Of a stretch of 64,000 nt of DNA, positions 12,180 to 21,002 are shown one piece after another. The notes beneath the pieces were generated by a model that had not been told where the DNA came from, made no database searches, and was given only the letters and a program-made list of their open reading frames with translations. Origin of the DNA: Cellvibrionales bacterium (GTDB taxonomy: Bacteria; Pseudomonadota; Gammaproteobacteria; Pseudomonadales; GM7GCV1); NCBI GenBank assembly GCA_014323765.1, contig JACONM010000034.1:25076-89075 (forward strand), given 5' to 3'. Position numbers and translations under genes: made by a program. The first letter of the stretch is position 1; every line of letters starts with the position of its first letter.

Positions 12180-14645
12180 ATGAATCAATCACGCTTAAAA
12201 CCAGCCTTGCTGCTGTCCGCCCTGCTGGCCGCAACCAGCTACATCGGCTCCGCTTCGGCGCAAACGGTGCTCGAAGAGATCGTCGTCACTGCCAGCAAAC
12301 GCGCCGAAAGTGTGCAGGATGTCTCCGCCGCGGTCACGGCATTGGACAGTGCCGCCATCGACCGGGCGGGCATCATCGACCTGACCGGCTTAGAACAGGT
12401 GGTGCCGGGCCTGCGCATCGGTAAATCCGGCGGCGAAGCGCGCCCGGCTCTGCGCGGTGCCCGCACCAACGAAGTGGGCGTGGCGGGAACTGGCATCGCC
12501 GAGCAGGTGGTCGGCATTTTCCTCGATGGCATCTACGTGCCCACCACCACTGCCGGCCTCGGGGCCTATGTCGATGTCAACCGCATTGAAGTGCTGCGCG
12601 GCCCGCAGGGCACCCTATACGGGCGCAACACTTTTGCCGGCAGCATTAACGTCGTCACCAACGCCCCCAACCTCGATGAGCTCAGTGGCAGCATCAAAGC
12701 GGGCACCGGCGCCTACAACCGCACCAATTATGAAGGGGTGCTAAACCTGCCTCTGAGCCCCAATGTGGCCACCCGCCTAGTTATCGCCGGCGACCAACAT
12801 GAAGGCATGATCGAAAACCTCGTATTGCCCGGCTCTTCCGACGATCTGCGCGAGAAGGATCAGTTCTACGCCCGCAAAACCACAGTCTTCGATCTAGGCG
12901 GCGATTCCAGCATTACTTGGCGGGTGGATTATTTCAATAAGGATTCCAATTCTGAGGCCATCTGGGGCTATCAGCAAACCTATGGCTATCAAGTATGCCG
13001 AACGCCGCCTGCGCCCGACCCCGCCGCCCCTCCGTCCGACCCCGACTCCCCGCCCGCCCCTGTGCCCTGCAACCCTGAGGGGGGGGGGGCATTTATTCCT
13101 GATGCTAGGGTTACTCCCGGTCATATTTATCAGCCGGCAGGTGCTTTGAATCAAGACCTAGGCCCCTACAGCGTCTACCGTAACGCCGTATCCTTCGATA
13201 AACAACGGGCTTTTTCTACCAGCCTAGTCTTTGAATGGGCCACCAGCTTTGCCGATGTCAAATTGACGGGCAATTATTCCAGCCTATCGGGTCAGCAGTT
13301 TTACGATAACGATTACAGCGATGGCGGCATTGAGCGCGTCGGTGGCTTTGGTCGCGTGGATGAGCAAACCGCTATATCGATCGAAGCCCTGCTGGTTTCT
13401 AATTCTGATGGCCCCCTGTCTTGGGTGGCTGGATTTTACGGCTTTGATCAGGATGCAGACTGGGGTTGGCTATGGCGCACTGATACTAACGGTGATGGGA
13501 CAGCGGATGCCGTTGTGGTTCCCGGCTGGGGCAACCCCGATGATGACCCCCATACCGTGCTTTCTCTCGCTACTTTCGGACAGGCTACCTTTGCGGTCAA
13601 TGATTCCCTGCGACTGATCGGCGGGCTACGCTACAACACCGATGACAAAGATTTCACCGCCAATGACAACGCCACTGCCATACCGAATCCACCCGACAAA
13701 GATTTAAGCTGGGATGATGATGCCGTGCTCTGGAAAGCGGCGGTGGAATTCGACCTCAACCCCGACATGATGGCTTATGCCAGTGCCTCCACCGGCTACC
13801 GCACTGGCGGTCAGAATGACAGGCGTGTGGTTGCCCGCGGTGCCGAGCAATTTTACGACAATGAAGAGGTAACTTCCTACGAAGTGGGGCTGAAATCCAC
13901 GCTGTTGGGCGGTGCCATGCGATTGAATGCGGCGGCATTTATCAATGAATACTCTGATGTCAAAGCTCAGTTATTCGCGGTGGCTTGTAACGATTCCGCA
14001 TCGACGAAGACTCCCTCTCAGTGTGTCGCGGACGGAGAATCTACAACCTTTGAATACTACGAAAACGGCGGCGATTCACAAACCGTTGGGGTAGAAGTCG
14101 AAATGCAATGGGCGGTCGCCGAGAATCTAACTGTAAACGCCAATCTGGCCTGGCTGGATGCCGAATTTGATTCCAACTATGCCGTGGGTAGCTCCCAGAT
14201 ACGGCCATTATTGGGTTTGGGTAACCTTGAAGGCCGTCAAGATGTCAATGACCCCAATAGCCAATTTAGCTTCGCCGGCTGGACCCCGGCCCTGTCCCCG
14301 GAATACACCGCCGGCCTGTCCGTGCTCTACGATATGCAGCTGGCCAACGGCTCCATCCTGACCCCCTATGTGGGTCTAAATTACGTAGGTAGCTATTACG
14401 CCTTCGACATCAATATCCCGGAAGTGGAGCAGGATGCGCACCTAAATGCCGATCTGCGCCTGACATGGGTTAATGAAGATGCCGGACTCACCCTAGAAGC
14501 CTTTATGCTAAATGCGCTGGATGAAGAGGTCATGACTCGGGCGGTGGTTCATTCGCAAATAGTAGACGGTCTGCCTGCCAACTCGGTGCAGGTCAACTGG
14601 AACAACCCGCGCACTTGGGGCTTCAGCTTAAAACACAGCTTTTAA
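12180..14645 (+). CDS. TonB-dependent receptor
   Basis: It has a signal peptide (ends SASAQ), a plug with EEIVVTASKR and IEVLRGPQGTLYGRN, and a C-terminal barrel ending in F. An unusual Pro-rich loop and a G11 tract lie inside it. Confidence 0.9.
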   Translation: MNQSRLKPALLLSALLAATSYIGSASAQTVLEEIVVTASKRAESVQDVSAAVTALDSAAIDRAGIIDLTGLEQVVPGLRIGKSGGEARPALRGARTNEVGVAGTGIAEQVVGIFLDGIYVPTTTAGLGAYVDVNRIEVLRGPQGTLYGRNTFAGSINVVTNAPNLDELSGSIKAGTGAYNRTNYEGVLNLPLSPNVATRLVIAGDQHEGMIENLVLPGSSDDLREKDQFYARKTTVFDLGGDSSITWRVDYFNKDSNSEAIWGYQQTYGYQVCRTPPAPDPAAPPSDPDSPPAPVPCNPEGGGAFIPDARVTPGHIYQPAGALNQDLGPYSVYRNAVSFDKQRAFSTSLVFEWATSFADVKLTGNYSSLSGQQFYDNDYSDGGIERVGGFGRVDEQTAISIEALLVSNSDGPLSWVAGFYGFDQDADWGWLWRTDTNGDGTADAVVVPGWGNPDDDPHTVLSLATFGQATFAVNDSLRLIGGLRYNTDDKDFTANDNATAIPNPPDKDLSWDDDAVLWKAAVEFDLNPDMMAYASASTGYRTGGQNDRRVVARGAEQFYDNEEVTSYEVGLKSTLLGGAMRLNAAAFINEYSDVKAQLFAVACNDSASTKTPSQCVADGESTTFEYYENGGDSQTVGVEVEMQWAVAENLTVNANLAWLDAEFDSNYAVGSSQIRPLLGLGNLEGRQDVNDPNSQFSFAGWTPALSPEYTAGLSVLYDMQLANGSILTPYVGLNYVGSYYAFDINIPEVEQDAHLNADLRLTWVNEDAGLTLEAFMLNALDEEVMTRAVVHSQIVDGLPANSVQVNWNNPRTWGFSLKHSF
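13079..13089 (+). repeat. 11-nt poly-G homopolymer inside the receptor CDS (encodes E-GGG-A)
   Basis: I counted it directly: gagg at 13077-13080 followed by nine g at 13081-13089. Confidence 0.95.
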
Positions 14646-14670
14646 TCGCTGGCGGCTGAGCACTCTGGAA

Positions 14671-14697
14671 AAGGGGGCCTTCGGGCCTCCTTTTTAT
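14671..14697 (+). terminator. rho-independent terminator after the receptor gene
   Basis: A GGGGGCC-TTCG-GGCCTCC hairpin is followed by TTTTTATT, 25 nt after the stop codon. Confidence 0.75.
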
Positions 14698-14738
14698 TCC
14701 CACAGACCAATTCGAACCGGATAATAACGGGGGCATAG

Positions 14739-16397
14739 ATGGCGGATTTTGGCCTGCTTAACTGGTCCATCGTTTTCATTTATCTGCTAGCCAATCTGGG
14801 CCTCGGCTGGTATATGAGCCGCCGGGTCGCCACGGCGGAGAATTACTATCTAGGCGATCGCAGCGCGCCCTGGTGGGCCATCGGTATTTCGGTCGTGGCC
14901 ACCTATGTCAGTGCGCTATCTTTTCTCGGCGGCCCCGCCTGGGCTTATGGCGATGGCATGGCGGCACTGGCGATCCATATCAATTATGCGCTGGTGGTCT
15001 TCGTCTGCATCGTTTTCTTCATCCCGTTTTTTTACAATAGCGGCGTCGCCTCCATTTACGATTATCTCGAGCGGCGCTTTGGCCTAGCCTCGCGGGCCGT
15101 CATGGGCATTTTGTTTATGGTCACCATGGCATTGGGGGCGGCCTCTATCCTAACCGCCACCGCAGTGGTAGTAACCTTTGTCACCGGCATGGAAACGACC
15201 TATGCCATTATTCTAATGACCGCCATCGTTATCGCCTACACCATGCTCGGCGGTATGAATGCGGTTATCTGGACCGATGTGTTACAGGGCATTATCCTCA
15301 TTATTGGCGTTGTCATTATTCTCGTAACCCTGCTCGCCGAGATCGGTTCACTCCCCAGCGCGCTTAGTTTTTTAGAAGCCCATGGCCGGCTAGACCCAAT
15401 TAACTGGGAATGGGACCTATCCATCGCCCCGACTATTTGGGCGGGAGTCATTGCCATGACCCTGTACCATATTACCGTCTACGGAGCGAACCAATTTATG
15501 GCGCAGCGCGCCCTAGCGGCGAAAAGCATCGGCGATGCCAAAAAATCCTATATGCTAATGGGGTACGCCGCATTCTTTCTTTACTTTATCTTTTTTCTGG
15601 TGGGTGCTCTGCTGTTCGTTCATTATCAAGGCCAACCCTTCGCGCAACCCAATGAGATTATCCTAGTCTTTGCCAACAGCTTAGCGATCCCAGGGCTGCT
15701 AGGCATTATCGGTGCGGCCATTTTGTCGGCCTCTATGTCCACCACCTCCTCTGCGCTCAATTCATTGGCCACAGTATCGGTAACCGATTTCTACCAAAAA
15801 TTCTTTCATAAGGGAGCCAATGAAAAGCATTATTTAGCCTCCTCACGAGTCTTCACCCTGATGTGGGGGCTGGCGGTAATTCCCATAGCCGTCGCCTTTG
15901 CCAACAGCAGTGGTTCTATTTTAGAGGTGCTGTCTAAAGCCGGATCCTATCTAGTGGGAGCCAAACTCGCCATGTTTGGAATGGGCTTCTTTTCCAAACA
16001 TACTTCGGAAAGGGGACTGCTTATCGGCGTGGTCGCCGGCCTAATAGGATTGATGTTTTTTGCGCCCTTGGATCCCCTCGTCCCCGCTGTCGATTCGCTG
16101 TGGCGGATAATCGGCGGCGAGCGGCCCGCTATCGCCTGGCCCTGGTTTGTGGTGATTGCGGGGGGCATCAATATCGCCGTGGCTTGGCTCGCCAGCATCG
16201 CCCTAGATGGCTTTAAGGATGAATGGCATGCGCAAAGCGTACCGGGACAAATCCTCGCTTTTCAGCGCGAGGGAAAACCCCTCAAATCGGCTGGTTGGTA
16301 TGTGGTGCCGGGCAAAGTAGAGCCAATCACTTGGAGCCTGCCCCTGCTATTTTTAGCCAGCATCGCTTTTCTGCTGTGGTTTGGCACTTTGGGCTAA
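14739..16397 (+). CDS. sodium:solute symporter (SSF) family transporter
   Basis: It is 552 aa with about 13 hydrophobic segments and SSF-like motifs (GDRSAPWW, GGMNAVIWTDVLQ). Confidence 0.87.
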   Translation: MADFGLLNWSIVFIYLLANLGLGWYMSRRVATAENYYLGDRSAPWWAIGISVVATYVSALSFLGGPAWAYGDGMAALAIHINYALVVFVCIVFFIPFFYNSGVASIYDYLERRFGLASRAVMGILFMVTMALGAASILTATAVVVTFVTGMETTYAIILMTAIVIAYTMLGGMNAVIWTDVLQGIILIIGVVIILVTLLAEIGSLPSALSFLEAHGRLDPINWEWDLSIAPTIWAGVIAMTLYHITVYGANQFMAQRALAAKSIGDAKKSYMLMGYAAFFLYFIFFLVGALLFVHYQGQPFAQPNEIILVFANSLAIPGLLGIIGAAILSASMSTTSSALNSLATVSVTDFYQKFFHKGANEKHYLASSRVFTLMWGLAVIPIAVAFANSSGSILEVLSKAGSYLVGAKLAMFGMGFFSKHTSERGLLIGVVAGLIGLMFFAPLDPLVPAVDSLWRIIGGERPAIAWPWFVVIAGGINIAVAWLASIALDGFKDEWHAQSVPGQILAFQREGKPLKSAGWYVVPGKVEPITWSLPLLFLASIAFLLWFGTLG

Positions 16398-16411
16398 GTG
16401 CAGTTTTTATT

Positions 16412-17404
16412 ATGACCGATTTACGCCGCCGCACCCAATCCGTCCTCGAGCAGCTGATTTTAGCCCCCGAGGGGGATCTGCCCGCCGTCCTAAACCAGCA
16501 TTTAACCGCGGACACCCTCTGGGATATTGCGTTTCCCATAAACCGCCTCCGCGGGGTAGAGGCGGTGCTGGAAGGGCTAATTTTGCCACTGCGGCGGGCG
16601 CTGTCCGGCATCCATCGCCGCGATGAGATTTTTATTGGCGGTCGTAACAGCGACAGCACCGGCGACGACTGGGTCGCATCGGTGAATCATTATGTCGGCA
16701 ATTTCTGCCAGCCGATCGCCGGCATTGCTCCAAGTAACAGTCTGGTGTTTTTGCGTGCCGGCGAGTTTTATCGCATCGAAAAAGACCGCATCATCGAAGC
16801 CAAATTGATCATCGATTTTCTCGATCTAATGCGCCAAGCTAAACGGTTTCCATTACCGGCAATGCTAGGCACCGAAATGCTGTTCCCGTCCCCGGCCACC
16901 CATGATGGCGTGTTCCCCGAACACCCGGAAAACAGCCCTGCCAGCCTTCGCCTAGTGAATGCGATGCTAAGTGATCTAATTGCCTACGATGCCGAAACTT
17001 TTTCTTCCAAAGGGCAAACCGGCGACGCTGGCTATTGGCATAAAAACATGCTTTGGTATGGGCCGGCCGGTATTGGCTCCAGCTATCGTTGGGAGGGTTT
17101 CGTCAAAGACCACAGAGAGCCTTTCCTCAAAGCCTTTCCTGATCGGGTGGGCGGCGATCACTACTGTAGGATCGCGGATGGCAATTATGTTGCAGTAGGC
17201 GGCTGGCCTTCCATGAGCATGACTCACCAAGGCTCTTATTTAGGCGAGCCTCCCAGCGGCAAAAAATTAACCTTGCGCGTGATGGATTTTTATCGCTGCG
17301 CGGACAACAAAATAATGGAAAATTGGGTACTGCTGGATTATTTGCATCTGTTCCATCAGATGGGAGTGAATCTGCTCGAACGCTCGGCAACAATGCACCC
17401 GTAA
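16412..17404 (+). CDS. SnoaL-like / NTF2-fold protein
   Basis: I chose the ATG at 16412 (MTDLRRR). It contains DRIIEAKLIIDF and NKIMENWVLLDYLHLFHQMG, which resemble ester-cyclase C-termini. The track ORF start at 16223 overlaps the symporter. Confidence 0.55.
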   Translation: MTDLRRRTQSVLEQLILAPEGDLPAVLNQHLTADTLWDIAFPINRLRGVEAVLEGLILPLRRALSGIHRRDEIFIGGRNSDSTGDDWVASVNHYVGNFCQPIAGIAPSNSLVFLRAGEFYRIEKDRIIEAKLIIDFLDLMRQAKRFPLPAMLGTEMLFPSPATHDGVFPEHPENSPASLRLVNAMLSDLIAYDAETFSSKGQTGDAGYWHKNMLWYGPAGIGSSYRWEGFVKDHREPFLKAFPDRVGGDHYCRIADGNYVAVGGWPSMSMTHQGSYLGEPPSGKKLTLRVMDFYRCADNKIMENWVLLDYLHLFHQMGVNLLERSATMHP

Positions 17405-17455
17405 GTGGCATGCATGCCCCACAGGCGAAATACTTATCTATAACCGGAGACTAGG

Positions 17456-17983
17456 ATGAAAGGTTCCCGCCCCGAACAGGCTGTCTTGACCAAAGACAAC
17501 GATCTGAGTAAAACTCAGGAAACGCTGAATACCATTGAAGCCATGGTAAATGGCTTAAATGATCACGATATCGACAACATGGGCCGCTTTTTCAGTGAAA
17601 ATTTTCGCTGGATGGGCAACGCTGGCTGCGGTTTTAAGCAGGGCCTGAAAGAATTTCAGGACAACTGGCAACGCCCTTTTCAGGCGGCGTTCTCCGACAA
17701 AGTCTGCATCGATGAAGCGCGCATTACACAAGGCGAATGGTGCGCCGCTTTTGGCCGCCAAGAAGCCGTCCACACCGGCACTTTTATGGGCATCGAACCC
17801 ACCCACAAACGCGTAGAAATTCGCTACATGGATTTCTGGAAAGTGGTGGACGGCAAGATCGTCGATAACTGGGTCAATGTAGATTTCGCCTATGTCCTCC
17901 AGCAACTAGGCGTAGACCCCTTCAACGGCCACGGCTGGGACAAAAATGATACCGGCAAAATGCCAGTGCAGAATGGTGAATGA
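17456..17983 (+). CDS. SnoaL-like ester cyclase family protein
   Basis: It shows FFSENFRWMGNAG, TGTFMGIEPTHKRVEIRYMDFWKVVDGKIVDNWV, the classic predicted-ester-cyclase pattern. Confidence 0.7.
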   Translation: MKGSRPEQAVLTKDNDLSKTQETLNTIEAMVNGLNDHDIDNMGRFFSENFRWMGNAGCGFKQGLKEFQDNWQRPFQAAFSDKVCIDEARITQGEWCAAFGRQEAVHTGTFMGIEPTHKRVEIRYMDFWKVVDGKIVDNWVNVDFAYVLQQLGVDPFNGHGWDKNDTGKMPVQNGE

Positions 17984-17998
17984 TTAAATGATCTCGAT

Positions 17999-19270
17999 CT
18001 ACTTGATCAATGCCATTGAAATGCCGGGAACGAAAGTAATCGTCAGCAGTGCTAGTAGCATGACTAGGATCCAACCGATCACGGCCCGGCTCAACCTTTC
18101 TAAGCTGATCTGCCCAACCTGAGAAGCCATAAACAAGTTTGCGCCTAGGGGTGGGGTGATAAAGCCAATAGCTAGATTAACCACCATCACAATACCAAAA
18201 TGTATCGGACTCATGCCCATCGCCGTGATTATGGGCAGCAAGATGGGTGTCAGTATCACTATGGCTGCTAGGGTTTCCATAAAAGTACCGACGATGAGCA
18301 GCAGCAAGTTGATGGCTAATAGAATCATGACGGCATTTTCCGTCAAGGATAAAATAAAGCTGGCAATTTCCGTTGGGATGCGCTCAATGGAAAGAATGCG
18401 TCCAAAAGAAACCGATGTTCCAATGATGACCAGCACCGCCCCTACCAACAATGAGGACTCTAGGATAATTTCAAAAATTTGGCGGATCGTAATTTCCCGG
18501 TAGACTAGGAAGCCAAAAACCAAGCCATAGACAACGGCGATAGCGGCAGATTCCGTAGGCGTAAAGACTCCAGAATAAATACCGCCTAGAATAATAAACG
18601 GAATCAGCAGGGCCCATTTGGCATCAATTAATGCCTGCCATTTTTCCCGATTGGTAAAATTCTGTTCTGACCCCATGTATCCATGCTTGTGGGACTGAAT
18701 TAGGCAATAGGCAATCAATACAAAACCAATAAACAGGCCCGGCAATATCCCGGCTAGAAACATATCTGTTACCGATACCTCGGCAGTGACTGCGTAGACG
18801 ATCATCACCACACTCGGCGGAATAATGACACCGATGCCGCCGGAGGTGGCCACGGTTGCGGTGGCAAAACCACGGTCATAACCACGCTTAACCATCATCG
18901 GAATCATGGTCAGGCCGATGGCGGCTACCGTGGCGGATCCTGTGCCGGATATGGAAGCAAAGAAAATGCAAGCGACAATAGTGACCACGCCAAGGCCACC
19001 AGTAGTGCGCCCAAGCCAAACTTCAGCTAAATGTAACAACCGCTGCGAGAGCCCGCCGCGGCTCATTAGGTTGCCGGCCAGGGTAAAGAGCACAACTGCC
19101 AATAGAGGGAATGAATCCAACCCTGAAACCAACCCCTGCACAAAAAATTCAAGGTTGAGAAAGGGCAACACTAGAATCGCCAGCATACTAGCGACTCCCA
19201 AGGCGACGCCGACTGGTATCCCCGCAACTAAAAGGACGATGAAACAGCCGAACAGAATAGCAACTATCAT
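17999..19270 (-). CDS. TRAP transporter large permease (DctM family)
   Basis: It is a 423 aa polytopic protein with DctM-like motifs, directly downstream of the DctQ and DctP genes. Confidence 0.92.
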   Translation of the reverse strand: MIVAILFGCFIVLLVAGIPVGVALGVASMLAILVLPFLNLEFFVQGLVSGLDSFPLLAVVLFTLAGNLMSRGGLSQRLLHLAEVWLGRTTGGLGVVTIVACIFFASISGTGSATVAAIGLTMIPMMVKRGYDRGFATATVATSGGIGVIIPPSVVMIVYAVTAEVSVTDMFLAGILPGLFIGFVLIAYCLIQSHKHGYMGSEQNFTNREKWQALIDAKWALLIPFIILGGIYSGVFTPTESAAIAVVYGLVFGFLVYREITIRQIFEIILESSLLVGAVLVIIGTSVSFGRILSIERIPTEIASFILSLTENAVMILLAINLLLLIVGTFMETLAAIVILTPILLPIITAMGMSPIHFGIVMVVNLAIGFITPPLGANLFMASQVGQISLERLSRAVIGWILVMLLALLTITFVPGISMALIK

Positions 19271-19272
19271 AT

Positions 19273-19785
19273 TCAGGCCGTCCGCTTATCGCTTGTAGCG
19301 GGGCTCGCTAGGCTGTCTCGCTCGATTAGACGTTGATAAAGGCGTACACACAGCCTGATAGAACAGAGCAGGGCACCGAAAAACACCGAGCTATACACCA
19401 CAGCGACTGGCCATTCTGTAGCCGGCGCGATCTGGCCCAGCTCTAGGCTACGCTTGATTAGCTGCCAACCAAATAGCATCACTGCAAGGGAATAGGTGAG
19501 AAAAACTAGATCTGCAAAGTTATGAAAAAACAACCTTCCTGCAGGGGGGAGCATATTTACAAACAAAGTAATACGAATATGACGATTATCCCGAATGGCG
19601 TAGCTGATACTCAAATACATGGCCCAAACAAAAAGATAACGAGCGATCTCTTCGGCTTCTGGCATGGAAGTACCGAACAGTCTCAATACTATCTGCGCAC
19701 AGATAATGCCCGTCATGGCACTGATAAGCAGAACAATGGCCACCGGCTCAAAATATCTTTCGAGAAGGCGTAGCGTTTTTCTCAT
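19273..19785 (-). CDS. TRAP transporter small permease (DctQ family)
   Basis: It is 170 aa with four TM segments and lies between the DctP and DctM genes. Confidence 0.85.
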   Translation of the reverse strand: MRKTLRLLERYFEPVAIVLLISAMTGIICAQIVLRLFGTSMPEAEEIARYLFVWAMYLSISYAIRDNRHIRITLFVNMLPPAGRLFFHNFADLVFLTYSLAVMLFGWQLIKRSLELGQIAPATEWPVAVVYSSVFFGALLCSIRLCVRLYQRLIERDSLASPATSDKRTA

Positions 19786-20870
19786 GGCACTGCCACATCC
19801 TGCCGCTCCCCTTCTGTCCTGTCAGTCTGGTTTTGACCGACTGGCCGGGGTGCAATAGCTTCTATCTCTCGCATAACTCGATCAAACAGCTCGCCGCCGG
19901 TTCTAGTTCTGAGCATTGTCATAACCGCATCATTCATCGTGTGTTTCATGGCTAATCGCACGGCATCATCAACGCGGTTAACCTGCATGCCATATTGTTT
20001 GAGTTCGGCAATAATTTTTTGATTTTGCTGATTGGCGAGCAGCCGCTGTCGCTCAATGCTCGAACGCAAAGCACGGTTGACGATGAGTTGGTGCTTTGGA
20101 GATAGGCCATCCCAGAAAGCCTTGTTGGCAAACAATACATAGTTAGTATAGATGTGATCGGTTAAGGAAAGATATTGCTGGGCTTCGTAAAAACGCTCGG
20201 CGTAGACAGAGTAGATCGCGCTTTCTTGGGTATTGATCAATCCCTGCTGTAATGAGGTAAAGATCTCGCCCCAAGATAAGGGCGTTGGAGCTGCACCCAA
20301 AGATTTCCAAGCTTCTATTTGTACGGGATTTGACGCGGCGCGAATTTTTAAGCCCTCGATATCCTGTAAGGACTCCACATGGCGTTTGCTGCTAGTGATA
20401 CTGCGAAAGCCCACTTCCATATAACCTAAACCCTTTAAGCCCTTACTAGCCATAGCGTCCAACAATAAACCACCGATCTGTGGGTGATCGAGGGAGCGAT
20501 GCGCATGATCAATGCCCCTGAATAGATAGAACATATCCAGGACATTGAATTCAGGGACTATAGATGTCAACAATACCGATGCGCCCACCGTCATCTGTAA
20601 ATTGCCTTGACGAACCATCTCGGTGGTCTCGCGCACCCCGCCGAGCTGGCCACCCGAGTATAGTTCTATCTGAATTTCGCCTCGCGAATCCTTTTCGACC
20701 TGCCGCTCAAAATCTAAGAGTGCCACATGCAGGGGTGAATTTACTTTGCTGTCGTGGGCTAGGCGAATGGTGTTGTTGTTCGTCACAGCATCGGCAAAAT
20801 AACCGACTAGAAAAAGCATTAACAAGAGAGTGAAAACGGCCGCAAGAAGATTCAAGAATCGATTATTCAT
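19782..20870 (-). CDS. TRAP transporter substrate-binding protein (DctP family)
   Basis: It has a signal anchor and DctP-like motifs (QLGG.RE, NVLDMFYLF, FANKAFWDGL). It overlaps the DctQ start by 4 nt. Confidence 0.88.
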   Translation of the reverse strand: MNNRFLNLLAAVFTLLLMLFLVGYFADAVTNNNTIRLAHDSKVNSPLHVALLDFERQVEKDSRGEIQIELYSGGQLGGVRETTEMVRQGNLQMTVGASVLLTSIVPEFNVLDMFYLFRGIDHAHRSLDHPQIGGLLLDAMASKGLKGLGYMEVGFRSITSSKRHVESLQDIEGLKIRAASNPVQIEAWKSLGAAPTPLSWGEIFTSLQQGLINTQESAIYSVYAERFYEAQQYLSLTDHIYTNYVLFANKAFWDGLSPKHQLIVNRALRSSIERQRLLANQQNQKIIAELKQYGMQVNRVDDAVRLAMKHTMNDAVMTMLRTRTGGELFDRVMREIEAIAPRPVGQNQTDRTEGERQDVAVP

Positions 20871-20941
20871 AACTACAGATCAGACAACAGGGCCTAGCTT
20901 TTAGAGGTATTAGACTAGGAGGGCTGGAAGTAGGACAGAAG

Positions 20942-20970
20942 CACCCCCAAGCATTTGTTGCTTGGGGGTG
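20942..20970 (-). terminator. perfect 12-bp stem hairpin downstream of the second receptor gene
   Basis: CACCCCCAAGCA-TTTGT-TGCTTGGGGGTG lies 33 nt past the stop at 21003. The T-run is weak. Confidence 0.5.
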
Positions 20971-21002
20971 TATCCAGGGTTGCCGAAGAGCTGTTGTAGG
21001 GG

